A stretch of DNA of 58,036 nt. Origin: a virus (lineage: Duplodnaviria > Caudoviricetes). The notes below the pieces were generated by a model. The model was not told the DNA's origin. It searched no databases and saw nothing but the letters and a program-made list of their open reading frames with translations. This document shows, piece by piece, positions 26,260 to 36,295 of this stretch. Numbering within the stretch: the first letter of the stretch is position 1; each line of letters begins with the position of its first letter. The stretch covers positions 1 to 58,036 of the IMG/VR virus record IMGVR_UViG_3300028840_000318. One strand, 5' to 3'. The position numbers were made by a program, and so were the translations under genes.

Positions 26260-27123
26260 TTAGAACGGCGGTTTGCCACCGGAAGTGGAAGCGGCACCAC
26301 CTTCAGCGCCTTCAGTTGCAGCGCCCTGTTGCGTTTCATAAGAAGCACGGGCAACACCACTGTCAACCATGTCCTTGCAGGCCACGGCGGCTTCAAAACG
26401 CGGGTCATTGGGTGGCAGTAAACTGTCACGCACGGTGTTGTTGGCGGGTTGCAGGCTGACGTTGAAGAATTTGCCCTTGTTGTTTTTGTCAGCCACGGAA
26501 GTCAGGCGGGTCATGTGGGCAAACATCGGCGGCTTGATCTTCCGGCCTTCATCCGTCTTCAGCATGAACATTGAAAGCTTGGTGTTCCAACGCTTATACA
26601 CTTTGATTTTTGTGGAAGTGAAGGCCAGCACAGCCAGTTCTGTGGGGTCTTCCGGTTCTTCACCACAGGTCACCCCGTACACATAGAAGGTTTCAACAAG
26701 GTCATTTTCACCAACCCTGTACTTGCCAAAGTCATCTGCTTCAGCCTTGGCGTCAGCCACAATTTGACTTGTTGGGTCATGCACGGCCACAAAGCCACCA
26801 CCCGCGTCACGTGGCACCCATTCAACAAACACGTGCTGTGTCATGGCAGGCACAAACAAGACGCCTTCTTTGCCTTCATACAGTTCTTCAGTCACGGTGT
26901 TGTAAATCATACCAGCTTTGGCACCTTCAATGCCACCCTGGTCAACGTCTTCCACCTGGGGTGAAAGCGCCTGCAAGATACCAAGAAAAGGTATTGCCAA
27001 GTCATCTGCCGTTTGGTTTTCAAACCCCTGGCCGTCATAGTCTGCATAATCAGACACAACAACGTCACCAGCTTGCCGTTTGGCCACTTCTTTGCCCTTT
27101 GCCGCGTTTTTCTTTGCTGCCAT
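26260..27123 (-). CDS. Putative ssDNA-binding/annealing protein
   Basis: DLAIPFL..LQALSPQ, VEWVPR..GGG, acidic tail ending PF; located in the replication block. Confidence 0.6.
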   Translation of the reverse strand: MAAKKNAAKGKEVAKRQAGDVVVSDYADYDGQGFENQTADDLAIPFLGILQALSPQVEDVDQGGIEGAKAGMIYNTVTEELYEGKEGVLFVPAMTQHVFVEWVPRDAGGGFVAVHDPTSQIVADAKAEADDFGKYRVGENDLVETFYVYGVTCGEEPEDPTELAVLAFTSTKIKVYKRWNTKLSMFMLKTDEGRKIKPPMFAHMTRLTSVADKNNKGKFFNVSLQPANNTVRDSLLPPNDPRFEAAVACKDMVDSGVARASYETQQGAATEGAEGGAASTSGGKPPF

Positions 27124-27241
27124 GATAATACTCCTTTGAAAATGATTTTTTATGGCTCCCTTTTACGTGCAGCCATGCAAGGCACGTTTGCCCAACGGGC
27201 AACCCCTTCACCACTTTGCAGGTGACGCAAGCTGTATTTTC

Positions 27242-27838
27242 TCATTTAACTTTTGTCACACGTTGCCTGAAAACACCAAGAATGTCAAGCGGTACTTCTT
27301 CACCTTCTTCAAGAAGTTTTTTGACAAGGCTGGAAAGCGTGCCAGCATGTACGCTTGATTCATCCGTCAGGTTCAGCACGCCGCCAAGGCGTTCAACGGT
27401 CTTGGGGTCATCCAGCAAGTGCTTCAACGCATCTGCCTGGGCTTCTTCACCCTTGCCAAACTGCACCTTGACAAGCCGTTTTATAATGGCGTCATGTCCG
27501 TTTTCACGCAACCACGCAAAACCACGGGCCTGATTCTTTTTGGCAATGCTGGCCCGCACCTTTTCACTGACTTCAATTTCAAGCCCGTCCACCGTTTTGA
27601 ATTGCTCAAGCTTCAAGCGGTCCATGACTTCCGGCAATTCAATTTCATTCACCTGCCGCAAGTTCTCTTTGGCCTTGCGCAAGTCTTCTTCAGCTTTTAT
27701 CACCTGGGCTTCAAGTGACACTTGCCGTGCGGCCAGGGTTGAAAGCTTTTTCAGGTCATCAACTTCCGGTTCTGCCTGATAGTCTGAATAATCAAAAGCG
27801 GGTGGATTGATTTCATTGTGTTCTTCTTTTTTGGCCAT
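27242..27838 (-). CDS. Conserved phage replication-region protein
   Basis: Coiled coil, LPEVM, FAWLRENGHDAIIK, VHAGTL. Confidence 0.7.
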   Translation of the reverse strand: MAKKEEHNEINPPAFDYSDYQAEPEVDDLKKLSTLAARQVSLEAQVIKAEEDLRKAKENLRQVNEIELPEVMDRLKLEQFKTVDGLEIEVSEKVRASIAKKNQARGFAWLRENGHDAIIKRLVKVQFGKGEEAQADALKHLLDDPKTVERLGGVLNLTDESSVHAGTLSSLVKKLLEEGEEVPLDILGVFRQRVTKVK

Positions 27839-27868
27839 GGCCGTTCTCCTTTTCTGCCCAGGGGTTTG

Positions 27869-28210
27869 CTATTCACTGACGCCGTTGGCGTTGTGCTTCT
27901 TCCAATCACGTTGAAACACTGACGCACACGTGTCTTCAATTATGCTTTCAATGTCAAATTCCATGCCGTTGCAAAAGGCCATTAGATACACAAAAATGTC
28001 ACCAACAGCGTCTTTCATGTTGGCCACGTGGTCTTCATTGCCACGGATACCCTGCAAGCTTTTCAACCGTGCGTGTGACAGTTCACCAAGTTCTTCTTGC
28101 AGGCCAAGCAACATCAGGTTGGGGTCAATTTCAGGGCCAAAGTTCTTCACGCTGAAAGCTAACTGAAGCGCCTGAAGTTCTCTAATTGTTTTCATTTGCA
28201 AGTTCTCCAA
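27869..28210 (-). CDS. MazG-like nucleotide pyrophosphohydrolase
   Basis: LQEELGEL...DAVGDIFVYL. Confidence 0.85.
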   Translation of the reverse strand: MENLQMKTIRELQALQLAFSVKNFGPEIDPNLMLLGLQEELGELSHARLKSLQGIRGNEDHVANMKDAVGDIFVYLMAFCNGMEFDIESIIEDTCASVFQRDWKKHNANGVSE

Positions 28211-28673
28211 AAAGTTGTGTCATCATGTTCTTGAAGAAGTTACGCAAGAACGGGCATTTTTGATGGTACATAAAAAGAATCTTCCAGGCGGGCAGGCTTC
28301 CAATAATGGTGCAGACGTGTGCCACGTTGGAAGGCAACACGGTCTTGGCTTCTTGCGGCTTCATGCCACCGTTCAACAGCATCATGTATGCCTTTTCACA
28401 ACGTTCCATTGTGCGCTTCCAAATATGCTGTTCATTGGGAAGCCAATCACGGAAGTTGACCGGCTGCACCATGCGCATGGTGCCGTTGTCCGTCAGGTCA
28501 ACATATTCAATCAACAGTTCAGGTGCAAAGTGGTGCCAAGCGGCCATGTGGTCAGTGCGGTACTTATGCACCAAGGTCACCCAATCCCGTTCATCCATTA
28601 TGCACCTGAAGCCAACCGTGCCGTCATCCGGTTGAATGTCAAGACGTTCAACACTTCTTTTAATTATTTCCAT
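28182..28673 (-). CDS. Degenerate ThyX-like protein
   Basis: CEKAYMMLL..GMKPQEAKTVLP...SLPAW mirrors the ThyX C-terminal half; RHR..S.R signature missing. Confidence 0.55.
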   Translation of the reverse strand: MEIIKRSVERLDIQPDDGTVGFRCIMDERDWVTLVHKYRTDHMAAWHHFAPELLIEYVDLTDNGTMRMVQPVNFRDWLPNEQHIWKRTMERCEKAYMMLLNGGMKPQEAKTVLPSNVAHVCTIIGSLPAWKILFMYHQKCPFLRNFFKNMMTQLFGELANENN

Positions 28674-29061
28674 TTACTTTGCTCCTGTCATATGACAACA
28701 CGGCCATGCAAAGTGCGTCACTGACCATTTTTGTGGTTTGCTTCTTGCCAAATACTTTGGCAAGGCGTTCAGGGTCAACCAACCACTTCTTTTCATTTTC
28801 TTCATTCTTTAAAAAGTACAACGTGGCGTGGCGGGTCATGCCATACCCCAGGCCAACCATGCCGTTGGCCATTTGCACGTTGACCGGCCCGTCACGGTAC
28901 ACAATAACCACTTCAAGCACAAGGTGCTTGAAAGCGGCCATGACAAAGGCGTCACGCATCCATTTCAAAACAGTTTTTGGCACGTGCTTGAAGGTCTTGT
29001 GAAAAAGTGGGTTGCGGGTGCGGGTGCGGCCAACTAAGAATTTGAAGCCGTCATGTTCCAT
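28660..29061 (-). CDS. Hypothetical protein
   Basis: AAGGAG RBS at ATG 29061. Confidence 0.65.
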   Translation of the reverse strand: MEHDGFKFLVGRTRTRNPLFHKTFKHVPKTVLKWMRDAFVMAAFKHLVLEVVIVYRDGPVNVQMANGMVGLGYGMTRHATLYFLKNEENEKKWLVDPERLAKVFGKKQTTKMVSDALCMAVLSYDRSKVNGNN

Positions 29062-29092
29062 TTGCGGTTGCTCCTTTTCTGTTGTTTTGCCT

Positions 29093-29121
29093 ACCCTATA
29101 CACGGCAAAATTTTTTGTCAA
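29093..29121 (-). promoter_or_regulatory. Candidate internal sigma70 promoter
   Basis: TTGACA-17 bp-TAGGGT upstream of an RBS. Confidence 0.45.
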
Positions 29122-29519
29122 TAGGTTTCTGCCGAAATTTTCAAATATGCTTGGTCTTTGCCGGACCACTGCAACAGGTTCACCCTGCCGTTGTTGTAAT
29201 GTGCGGCCACGGTCACGGCAAAGCCAATCAAACACGGGTTGCCAATCAACAGAAGGTGGTCTTTGCTGCTATACTTGACCAACCGCCTGTGCAAGTCATC
29301 CAACACGCTTTGCGGCTTGAACGGGCTTGCTGAAGGTGAAAGCAGATATTCAAAACGGCCAAACTGTTCTGCCGGTTCAAGGTCAAACCGTGGCACCAGT
29401 TCACCCGCGTCACGGTCAAACCGCATTTGCTTCTGTACAATGTACACAACGGGTGCGTCAGGGCCTTCAAAGTTGCCCTTGATTCCATTTTCTAAAGTTC
29501 TCTTTTTCATTATAACCAA
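29118..29519 (-). CDS. Conserved hypothetical phage protein
   Basis: VYIVQ...AEQFG...DHLLLIGNP...LLQW. Confidence 0.7.
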   Translation of the reverse strand: MVIMKKRTLENGIKGNFEGPDAPVVYIVQKQMRFDRDAGELVPRFDLEPAEQFGRFEYLLSPSASPFKPQSVLDDLHRRLVKYSSKDHLLLIGNPCLIGFAVTVAAHYNNGRVNLLQWSGKDQAYLKISAETY

Positions 29520-31009
29520 TCCTTTGCGTCATCCCCTAAAATTATGTCACTTATTTCCACTTTTTTCACCAAGTTTTTGACAATGCGCAAGTCAACCGTG
29601 TCTTCCGCAATTATGTCAATATAGCCAACCTGGGAAGTGGTGCCAATACCATGTGCGCGGTCTTCTGACTGCAAGCGTTCAATCAGTTTGAAGCTGTTGT
29701 TGAAATATATGACGCTTTTGGCCATTTTCAGGCTTAACCCTTCCGCGCCTGCCTGGGCGTTGCCAACAAAATACTTTGCTTCACCCTTTTGAAAGGCCAA
29801 TTTATTTGCTGCCCGTTCATCATCACCAACATGACCGTCATACCTGACGGCTTCACCCTTCAGTTCACGCATTATTTTGTCAATGTCCAAAGTGAACCTT
29901 GCCCAAATGATTGCTTGGTGCGGTATGTCTTTTAACAGGTCAAGCAAACAGTCAAGGCGCACGTCATTCCCTGGGTCAATTTCAACTGTGGGTTCATCTT
30001 CTTCAGGGTTGTCAGTTGGCACATAATTTGACGTTATTTGATGAAGACGCAACCACCGCACCATTGCAAGCGGTTCACTCAATACCTGCCCACTGTCAAG
30101 TTCAACAATGTATTCATTTTTGAATTCATCATACACGGCCCGTTGTTTGGGCGTCAGTTCAAAATACTTTTTGCTGTACACTTTGTCAGGGAGCCCAGGC
30201 AGGGCAGTCTTCTTGGTCACACGGCTTGCAATGGGCTTCAATATGTCATGCAACTGTTCAAGCCGTTGGTAACCAACCACATATTCAAATTCTTGCGGTT
30301 CACCTTCACTGCCGTCTTCTTGCCAAGTTCTCTTTTGGCCTGTGCGATATATGCCAAAGTGGTGCCGGAAGGTGACAAACTTCCTGAAGCCAAACCTGAA
30401 CCAAAATTCAGGTGACAAGAAGCGCATTGGTGCGTACACGTCAAACGGCCCGCAACTGACGGGCGTGCCGGTCATTATTCTTTTATAGCCTGCAAACTTT
30501 CCTGACAACACAATGCTGCGCGTGCGTTTTGCACTTGGCGTTTTAATTCTGTGCGCTTCATCCAGCACATACAACATGCTTCTGTTCTGCATGAATTTCC
30601 ACACAGCGGCCTTGCCCTTCTTAGTGACAAAGGCGTCATATGTCATGGTCAGGATTGACAAACCCTTGAAGGAGCAAACACGGTTAACTTCTTTTTGGTG
30701 CCACTTGGTGCTTGCGCGTTTGGATTGATAGAAGTGCATGTAACAGTCTGCAAGTATTGGGTCAGGCATGTGTATTGGTATTTCATCAGTAACCCAATTT
30801 CTATGAACACCGTTGGGCGCAACCACCAACATGCCGTTCAACACGCCTTTCATATAGTTATAACAAAGCGTGTCAATTATGACTTTGGTTTTGCCGGTCT
30901 GTTGCTCCCAAAATATTGCACGTATTTTGGCGTCTTTTGAAAGCTGGAATTCAGTGGCTTGGTGCGGGAATGGTGAAGTCTTTGGAAGGTAATGAACATC
31001 AGGCTGCAT
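29510..31009 (-). CDS. SF2/SNF2-like helicase
   Basis: EQQTGKT, DEAH, MTGTP, GAEGLSL, QSEDRAHGIG. Confidence 0.92.
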   Translation of the reverse strand: MQPDVHYLPKTSPFPHQATEFQLSKDAKIRAIFWEQQTGKTKVIIDTLCYNYMKGVLNGMLVVAPNGVHRNWVTDEIPIHMPDPILADCYMHFYQSKRASTKWHQKEVNRVCSFKGLSILTMTYDAFVTKKGKAAVWKFMQNRSMLYVLDEAHRIKTPSAKRTRSIVLSGKFAGYKRIMTGTPVSCGPFDVYAPMRFLSPEFWFRFGFRKFVTFRHHFGIYRTGQKRTWQEDGSEGEPQEFEYVVGYQRLEQLHDILKPIASRVTKKTALPGLPDKVYSKKYFELTPKQRAVYDEFKNEYIVELDSGQVLSEPLAMVRWLRLHQITSNYVPTDNPEEDEPTVEIDPGNDVRLDCLLDLLKDIPHQAIIWARFTLDIDKIMRELKGEAVRYDGHVGDDERAANKLAFQKGEAKYFVGNAQAGAEGLSLKMAKSVIYFNNSFKLIERLQSEDRAHGIGTTSQVGYIDIIAEDTVDLRIVKNLVKKVEISDIILGDDAKDWL

Positions 31010-31199
31010 TTGCGTGTTCTCCTTTTCTTATGCTGGAAGTGGGCAGGCGGTTGGTGGTCCAGGCCAACCGCCTGCCCTGGCTCCAGGCAGTAGCGCCAAA
31101 CAGTGAGGAAAGGAATGGCAATGTCTGTGTTGATACCAAGGCCAAGCGCCCAGGGCAAGCGGGCATTGCACTTTTTTCTGAATGTCACAACCTTGGTCA

Positions 31200-31450
31200 T
31201 GGGTTGTGCATGACGTTGTGCAGGCCCAAGGTGCTGGAATTATATTGTATTATATTATATTACTTAACCTTCTTAACCTTCTTAACTTAAAATAAAGAAA
31301 AAGAAAAAAGAAGGGGTTCCACCTGCCTGGGTGATTTTTCCACAGCAAATTGTTTTTGTGCCAAGAAGGTTGTTAGGTTGTGCAAACTATTGATATTAAA
31401 AAGAAAAACCCTGCACAACCTGGGTTTCAGGGTTGTGCAGGGTTGTGCAG
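31200..31450. other. Origin-like locus B
   Basis: CTTAACCTT x~3 (31263-31288), TTTTCCACA 31336-31344, IHF-consensus CAAACTATTGATA 31383-31395, GGTTGTGCA repeats. Confidence 0.55.
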
Positions 31451-31486
31451 CACGGCCACGCCATTGGGTTTGGCGGGCGTGACCGG

Positions 31487-31900
31487 TCACTGTGCAGGTG
31501 GCGTGTACGGGCCAACAATGACGTTTGTGGGTCCGGTCAGATAAATATACGTGACTTCATCTGAATCAGGGCTTTGTTGGTCACCGATATACGCACGCAC
31601 CACAAAGGCAAGCACCCTGTTGTCAGGAATGGTCAGGTTGTTGGCTTCATTGGCTTCACCTTCCCAAATTGGCGCTTCATAGTCATACACGCCGTCATTG
31701 TACACGCGCATGAATACCCTGTAACCCTTTTCACCAGGGTTGGCGGGTGGTTCATAGTCCGGCAGTGCAGGGTCAAACGTGCTGTTGTGATCCCATTGCA
31801 CTGACACTGTGCCTGCCTGGGCCAAGAATGGAAAGGCCACAACAGCCAAAATTGTCAGGGCCATGACGGCCACGGCAGCGGTCCAAAATTGTCTTTTCAT
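31487..31900 (-). CDS. Secreted fibronectin type III-like protein
   Basis: Signal peptide ending AQA; VSVQWD...GYRVF...FVVRAY...SPDSDEV. Confidence 0.65.
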   Translation of the reverse strand: MKRQFWTAAVAVMALTILAVVAFPFLAQAGTVSVQWDHNSTFDPALPDYEPPANPGEKGYRVFMRVYNDGVYDYEAPIWEGEANEANNLTIPDNRVLAFVVRAYIGDQQSPDSDEVTYIYLTGPTNVIVGPYTPPAQ

Positions 31901-32036
31901 AGTCCGGTTCTCCTTTTTGGTTTGGCCTGGGCGTCATTTGCCCAGGGTATGAAGCCCAGGGCAACAAGGTTGCTGCGCCTGGGCTTTGATCTATACTGTG
32001 ACATGTCTTTTGCCAAGAACGTCCAAATTTGGGCTT

Positions 32037-32372
32037 CTAAGGCGTTTTTGGCGTTTCAATAAACGTTTTTGACGTGGCAGCGTCACCCAATGCAACGGTT
32101 TCTTGCTTGACGGCCCATTTGGAGCCCGTGACAATGCCCACAATGCCACCAACTGCCGTGGCCACGATATTGACCAAGGCCAGTATAAGCACGTTGGTGG
32201 TTTCACTTTCAGGCAGCATCTTGGCCATGACCACCATGGCAAACAGCATGGCCACAATAATGAACGTCAGGCACTTCAAGCCAGTGTTCTTGTCATCAAA
32301 AACACGTGGCTTGACGGGCTTGACCGGTTTGACCGGCCCTGGCATTGGTACTGTTTCAGGTTTCTGCATCAT
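32037..32372 (-). CDS. Putative holin
   Basis: Two TM segments; coupled to the endolysin. Confidence 0.5.
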   Translation of the reverse strand: MMQKPETVPMPGPVKPVKPVKPRVFDDKNTGLKCLTFIIVAMLFAMVVMAKMLPESETTNVLILALVNIVATAVGGIVGIVTGSKWAVKQETVALGDAATSKTFIETPKTP

Positions 32373-32869
32373 TTTCCCCTTCTGTCAACTTTGTTGTTTT
32401 GCACTATCATGCGTATAAATTCAATATTGACGTATTGGCTCCAAAAGGCTTCAGCCTTCTTGCCGTATGTCCAAAAGCGCCCACAGCGCTTGTCAACGTG
32501 AATGAATGTTTGGGCCAAGCCAATGCTTGTGAAGCCTGCCGTGATACATGCGGCAAGCAGGTGGTGGGGTGGTTTTGAAAACTGTGTCAGTGAAAGGTCA
32601 AAGGCAAGGCGCAAGTGCTGGCTTGTTGTGGCCTGCTTCTGATTGCTGACGGCAGCGTTGTGTTCTGCGCACCTGTGGCCTGAATTAACTATGATCGGCA
32701 CGCCAACAATGTCACGGGCGTGTTGCAGTGAATCAAAATAACTTTCATCATACCAAAATTCACCACAGTGGTGGCAGGCAAGGCGCTTTTTGTCTGTCAC
32801 AAAGTTTGGCCACCTGCTATCATCCCAGGGAGCCAAGCCGTAATGGTAAAATTTACCCCTTGTTGTCAT
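32369..32869 (-). CDS. Endolysin, peptidase M15 family
   Basis: NSGHRC..HN..V, SQHL...AFD, FIHVD. Confidence 0.8.
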   Translation of the reverse strand: MTTRGKFYHYGLAPWDDSRWPNFVTDKKRLACHHCGEFWYDESYFDSLQHARDIVGVPIIVNSGHRCAEHNAAVSNQKQATTSQHLRLAFDLSLTQFSKPPHHLLAACITAGFTSIGLAQTFIHVDKRCGRFWTYGKKAEAFWSQYVNIEFIRMIVQNNKVDRRGK

Positions 32870-33353
32870 GCTGCACGGCTTCCTTGTATGCTTTCATTTC
32901 AGCCTGAAGTGCAATAATGGTTTCATTGAGTTTGCCAAACAGGGCCAACAGTGCGCTTTTGCTTTCTTCCCGTTTTTCATCCATGGCCTTCAGGTCTTTT
33001 GACAACCTTGAAAAACCGGCATCCATTGTGCTTTGACACTTTTCCCGTTCAACTGCACAAGATGCACGTGGCATTAATATTGTTTCACCCGTGTCAGGTT
33101 GAAATAACACGCCCTTGACATACCTTTCAAGGTCTTTCACTGCGCCGGTCAAGCCTTTGTTCATTTCTTTTATATCACTGCGTATGTCAGCACGGTCTTC
33201 TTCAAGCTTCTTCAGCCTGAATTTGACCAACGCGTATGAAGTGACAAAGGCAATCAACGCGGTCAACAGCGTATAGGCACCAATAATGACGCCCAAAAGC
33301 ATTGAAACGTTTGACAGTGTGAATTGAAGCGGATTGGCAGCACTTGGTTCCAT
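32853..33353 (-). CDS. Membrane-anchored coiled-coil protein (lysis accessory?)
   Basis: N-terminal TM plus coiled coil; in the lysis cassette. Confidence 0.55.
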   Translation of the reverse strand: MEPSAANPLQFTLSNVSMLLGVIIGAYTLLTALIAFVTSYALVKFRLKKLEEDRADIRSDIKEMNKGLTGAVKDLERYVKGVLFQPDTGETILMPRASCAVEREKCQSTMDAGFSRLSKDLKAMDEKREESKSALLALFGKLNETIIALQAEMKAYKEAVQHDNKG

Positions 33354-33378
33354 GTGGTCAGATTCCTTGTCACATTTA

Positions 33379-36285
33379 TCACACAATTTTGGTCAACGTG
33401 AATACTCTATTGGCTGTATATGCCACATAGCCCGTGGCGTCAATAGTTGCTGCATCATTTCCACTTTTGGTATATGAAGCGGCACCCGTGACGCCGCCAC
33501 TGTCATATGAAGCGTTGGCCGCTGTGTAATAAATGGCCAAGACCAAATTCTTGGTGCGGTCAAGGTCATAGGTCACAGGGTCAGCCTGTATGGTGGTGCC
33601 TGCCGCAATGGTCTTGCCCGCACTGCCACCGTCAAAGAACACCTGCACTGCGTCACTGTCAAAGTCATAGGCGTCACCGGCAGCGGCTTGGTGGCCAAGC
33701 CACATTTCACCAATGGTGATTGCATTGCCTGCCAGGGCAGACAAGTCAAGGGTGATTTCACCGTCATACGCACTGTCAAGAATGGCTGAAGCTGGTATAA
33801 CGTTCCGCACAGTCAAACCGTTGACCGTGGCGTCATTACTGTCAATTGTCTGCGTAAAAATATTTTGCAGCCTTGCTTTGCGTATTTGGCTGAATTTGCT
33901 TTGCGTGACCGCAACACTGTCAACAGCGTATGCCGTGGCTTCAATGGCAGCGGGTGCAGTGCCACCGTTGTCTGCCGTGTACGTGGCGGCAGGGTAATTG
34001 TAAAAAAGCGCCGTCAATCCGGTCACAGTTCTGATTGTTGTGCCTGCTTCATTTTTGAAAACAATGGTATAGGTGACATTGGCTTCAAGCGTGCCTGTGT
34101 TGTCAGTCTGTGTTTGCAGCACGTCAATTGACCGTTGCCTGTGCGCCCAGGTATAACTTAGTTGCACCAAGCCCAAAATGCCGGTTGGCCACTGCACGCC
34201 GTTCACATAGAAGCGCCCTGGCGGGTATGGTTGGGCTTCCCGTGGCCCTGGGCCTGTTGTACCCAAGTCATGTGTACTGTCAGAAATAGTGCCAATGTCA
34301 AATTCACCCGTTTGGGTGACGGCCTGCAAACGGTACTTGACTTGCGCCAAGGTTCCCCAGGTCCGTGGGCTTGTGCCAACATTGTCCAAAAACCAACAGT
34401 CAGTGTCAGCGTCAAAGTCAAGCGCAACCGTGTCACACATGCCACGTTCAACACCGCTGAAAATATAGTCACCCGTTCCACCGTCAATGGTGAAAGCCTG
34501 AAAGCCAACAACTTCATGCTGCGTTTCACTGACGTACAGCATGACAAGGTTGTCACCGTCTTCCAACAATTGCTGTTGTGTGATTGCAGCAAGGCCAAAC
34601 GCATCTGAAATGCCTTTCATGCGCAAGTTGGCCGTGTTCTCTTTGTCCAGGGCAATGGCAAGTTGGGCCTTGTTGGTATATGGCGCTTTTTCTGCCGTAA
34701 TGGCAAGCACGTCACTACCAATGGTATTGTCACGGGCGTGAATATTATACCCTTCACTGTCACCGTTGCGTTGCTGTGCGCACCACATCATTTTGACCGG
34801 CGCTTCAGTCTGTTGAAACCAAAAAGGTGCGTCAAATGCAATAAAGTTCAGTATTTCAAGCGGGTCCGTTACAACCGGCACCCAACCACTGTCAGGGTTG
34901 TCATCAAATATGGCGTCACCGGTTCCAAAAACGTCTTCAACGGCTGAAATGGTAACCTTGCCATTTTCAAGGCTTCCAATATCAACGGCCTTGACGCGCA
35001 TGATTAGTTGCTCAATGTTTAACGGGCTCCAAACAAACTTGAACACCTGCCCAGGGAAGAAGTCTGACGCGTCACGGTTGGTGGTAATTGTGGCCTGTGC
35101 CAAGTAGGCACCAAGGGTGCGCAAGTCACGCAATGAAACCTTGGCAGCGGCAGAAGGCGTTGAAAAACCCCAAAAGTCAAGCGTGCGTGAATTGGCCTTG
35201 CCAAGTATTTGCCGCGTGCCTGTGTCAATGGCCACGCCAACGCGGTCCTTGTAATTGGCTGCACGGTCTGTGTAACGCACCTTGACTTCAGTTACCAAGT
35301 TGGTGGTGCTTGTGCGGCTGAAGTTCTTCACGGCAGTGACGTTGGTTTCATCCAGCACGGGCAGATTGGCAATTACATAGTCATCACGTATCAACTTCAG
35401 CTTTATTTTGCCGTCTTGCGGGTCAAAGTATATGTTGGCGTTCATGTGCTGTTCAAGCTGTTTGATAATTTGCGCACAGTCAACCTTTTGGTCAAACAAG
35501 AAGGAAACACCAAGCCCTTCTGCCTTGACGGTTGTTGCAGCGGTCTGAAAAGATAACAAGTCAACATATGAAGCATTAAGACCACGGCCAAATTCATCAT
35601 TGGTCAACATTTCATAAAGGCAATATGCAGGGTTGGCGTCACCGTTTATTTCAACTTCAGCGCCGCCACCACCTGACGGGTCAGGGTAACGTTCAACAAC
35701 AAAGCTGAACGGGCGCAAGCCTGTGGTGTTGCCAACATAACCGCCATACCAAACAAAGTATGCAACGCCTTTAAACCCTGGCTGTTGTCTTATGCGGGCG
35801 TTCAGGTATGGGTCACTTGCCTGGGCGTCTGAACCATTATAAAAAACAAAGCTGCCCTGTATGCCGCCGTCACTATCCCTGCCACCGTACAGGTTGGGCA
35901 AGTTAATGCTTCCCGCGCCAACAGGTAATGTGCCGGTCCATACGGTATAGTCACCCGCGTCAATCTGCCGCAAGGTGGCTTCACCGTAACAAATAGACAA
36001 GGCAATATCTAAATAATACATGTACCCAACGGTCACACGGTCAGAAGAAAACATGCCGGTTTTGACTTTTTCCGTAATTGCCACAGTGACCAAGTTGCCA
36101 TAGGCAAAGACGTTTGGCCCGCTGACGCGCCGCCTGCCCCATACCAACGGCACGTTTCTTGACTCGCTGACGGTTGGCAAGTTGAAGTCTTCAAGGCCAC
36201 TTGCCTGGGCGTCTTCAATCTTAGGCTTGGGCGTCAGAAGTGCAACGGCCAGTGAAATGACAAATGAAATCAGAATACCCCACAC
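33379..36285 (-). CDS. Tail tip/central tail hub (host-specificity J-like)
   Basis: 968 aa; VPLVWG, DANPA..LYEMLTN..FGRG; last tail gene. Confidence 0.85.
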   Translation of the reverse strand: MWGILISFVISLAVALLTPKPKIEDAQASGLEDFNLPTVSESRNVPLVWGRRRVSGPNVFAYGNLVTVAITEKVKTGMFSSDRVTVGYMYYLDIALSICYGEATLRQIDAGDYTVWTGTLPVGAGSINLPNLYGGRDSDGGIQGSFVFYNGSDAQASDPYLNARIRQQPGFKGVAYFVWYGGYVGNTTGLRPFSFVVERYPDPSGGGGAEVEINGDANPAYCLYEMLTNDEFGRGLNASYVDLLSFQTAATTVKAEGLGVSFLFDQKVDCAQIIKQLEQHMNANIYFDPQDGKIKLKLIRDDYVIANLPVLDETNVTAVKNFSRTSTTNLVTEVKVRYTDRAANYKDRVGVAIDTGTRQILGKANSRTLDFWGFSTPSAAAKVSLRDLRTLGAYLAQATITTNRDASDFFPGQVFKFVWSPLNIEQLIMRVKAVDIGSLENGKVTISAVEDVFGTGDAIFDDNPDSGWVPVVTDPLEILNFIAFDAPFWFQQTEAPVKMMWCAQQRNGDSEGYNIHARDNTIGSDVLAITAEKAPYTNKAQLAIALDKENTANLRMKGISDAFGLAAITQQQLLEDGDNLVMLYVSETQHEVVGFQAFTIDGGTGDYIFSGVERGMCDTVALDFDADTDCWFLDNVGTSPRTWGTLAQVKYRLQAVTQTGEFDIGTISDSTHDLGTTGPGPREAQPYPPGRFYVNGVQWPTGILGLVQLSYTWAHRQRSIDVLQTQTDNTGTLEANVTYTIVFKNEAGTTIRTVTGLTALFYNYPAATYTADNGGTAPAAIEATAYAVDSVAVTQSKFSQIRKARLQNIFTQTIDSNDATVNGLTVRNVIPASAILDSAYDGEITLDLSALAGNAITIGEMWLGHQAAAGDAYDFDSDAVQVFFDGGSAGKTIAAGTTIQADPVTYDLDRTKNLVLAIYYTAANASYDSGGVTGAASYTKSGNDAATIDATGYVAYTANRVFTLTKIV

Positions 36286-36295
36286 AGCGCTTCCC

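Noticed and set aside
31411-31450. TGCAC repeats as NtrC sites
   Set aside because: Half-site sequence and spacing differ from TGCACCA-N3-TGGTGCA, and I found no correctly spaced -24/-12 motif nearby
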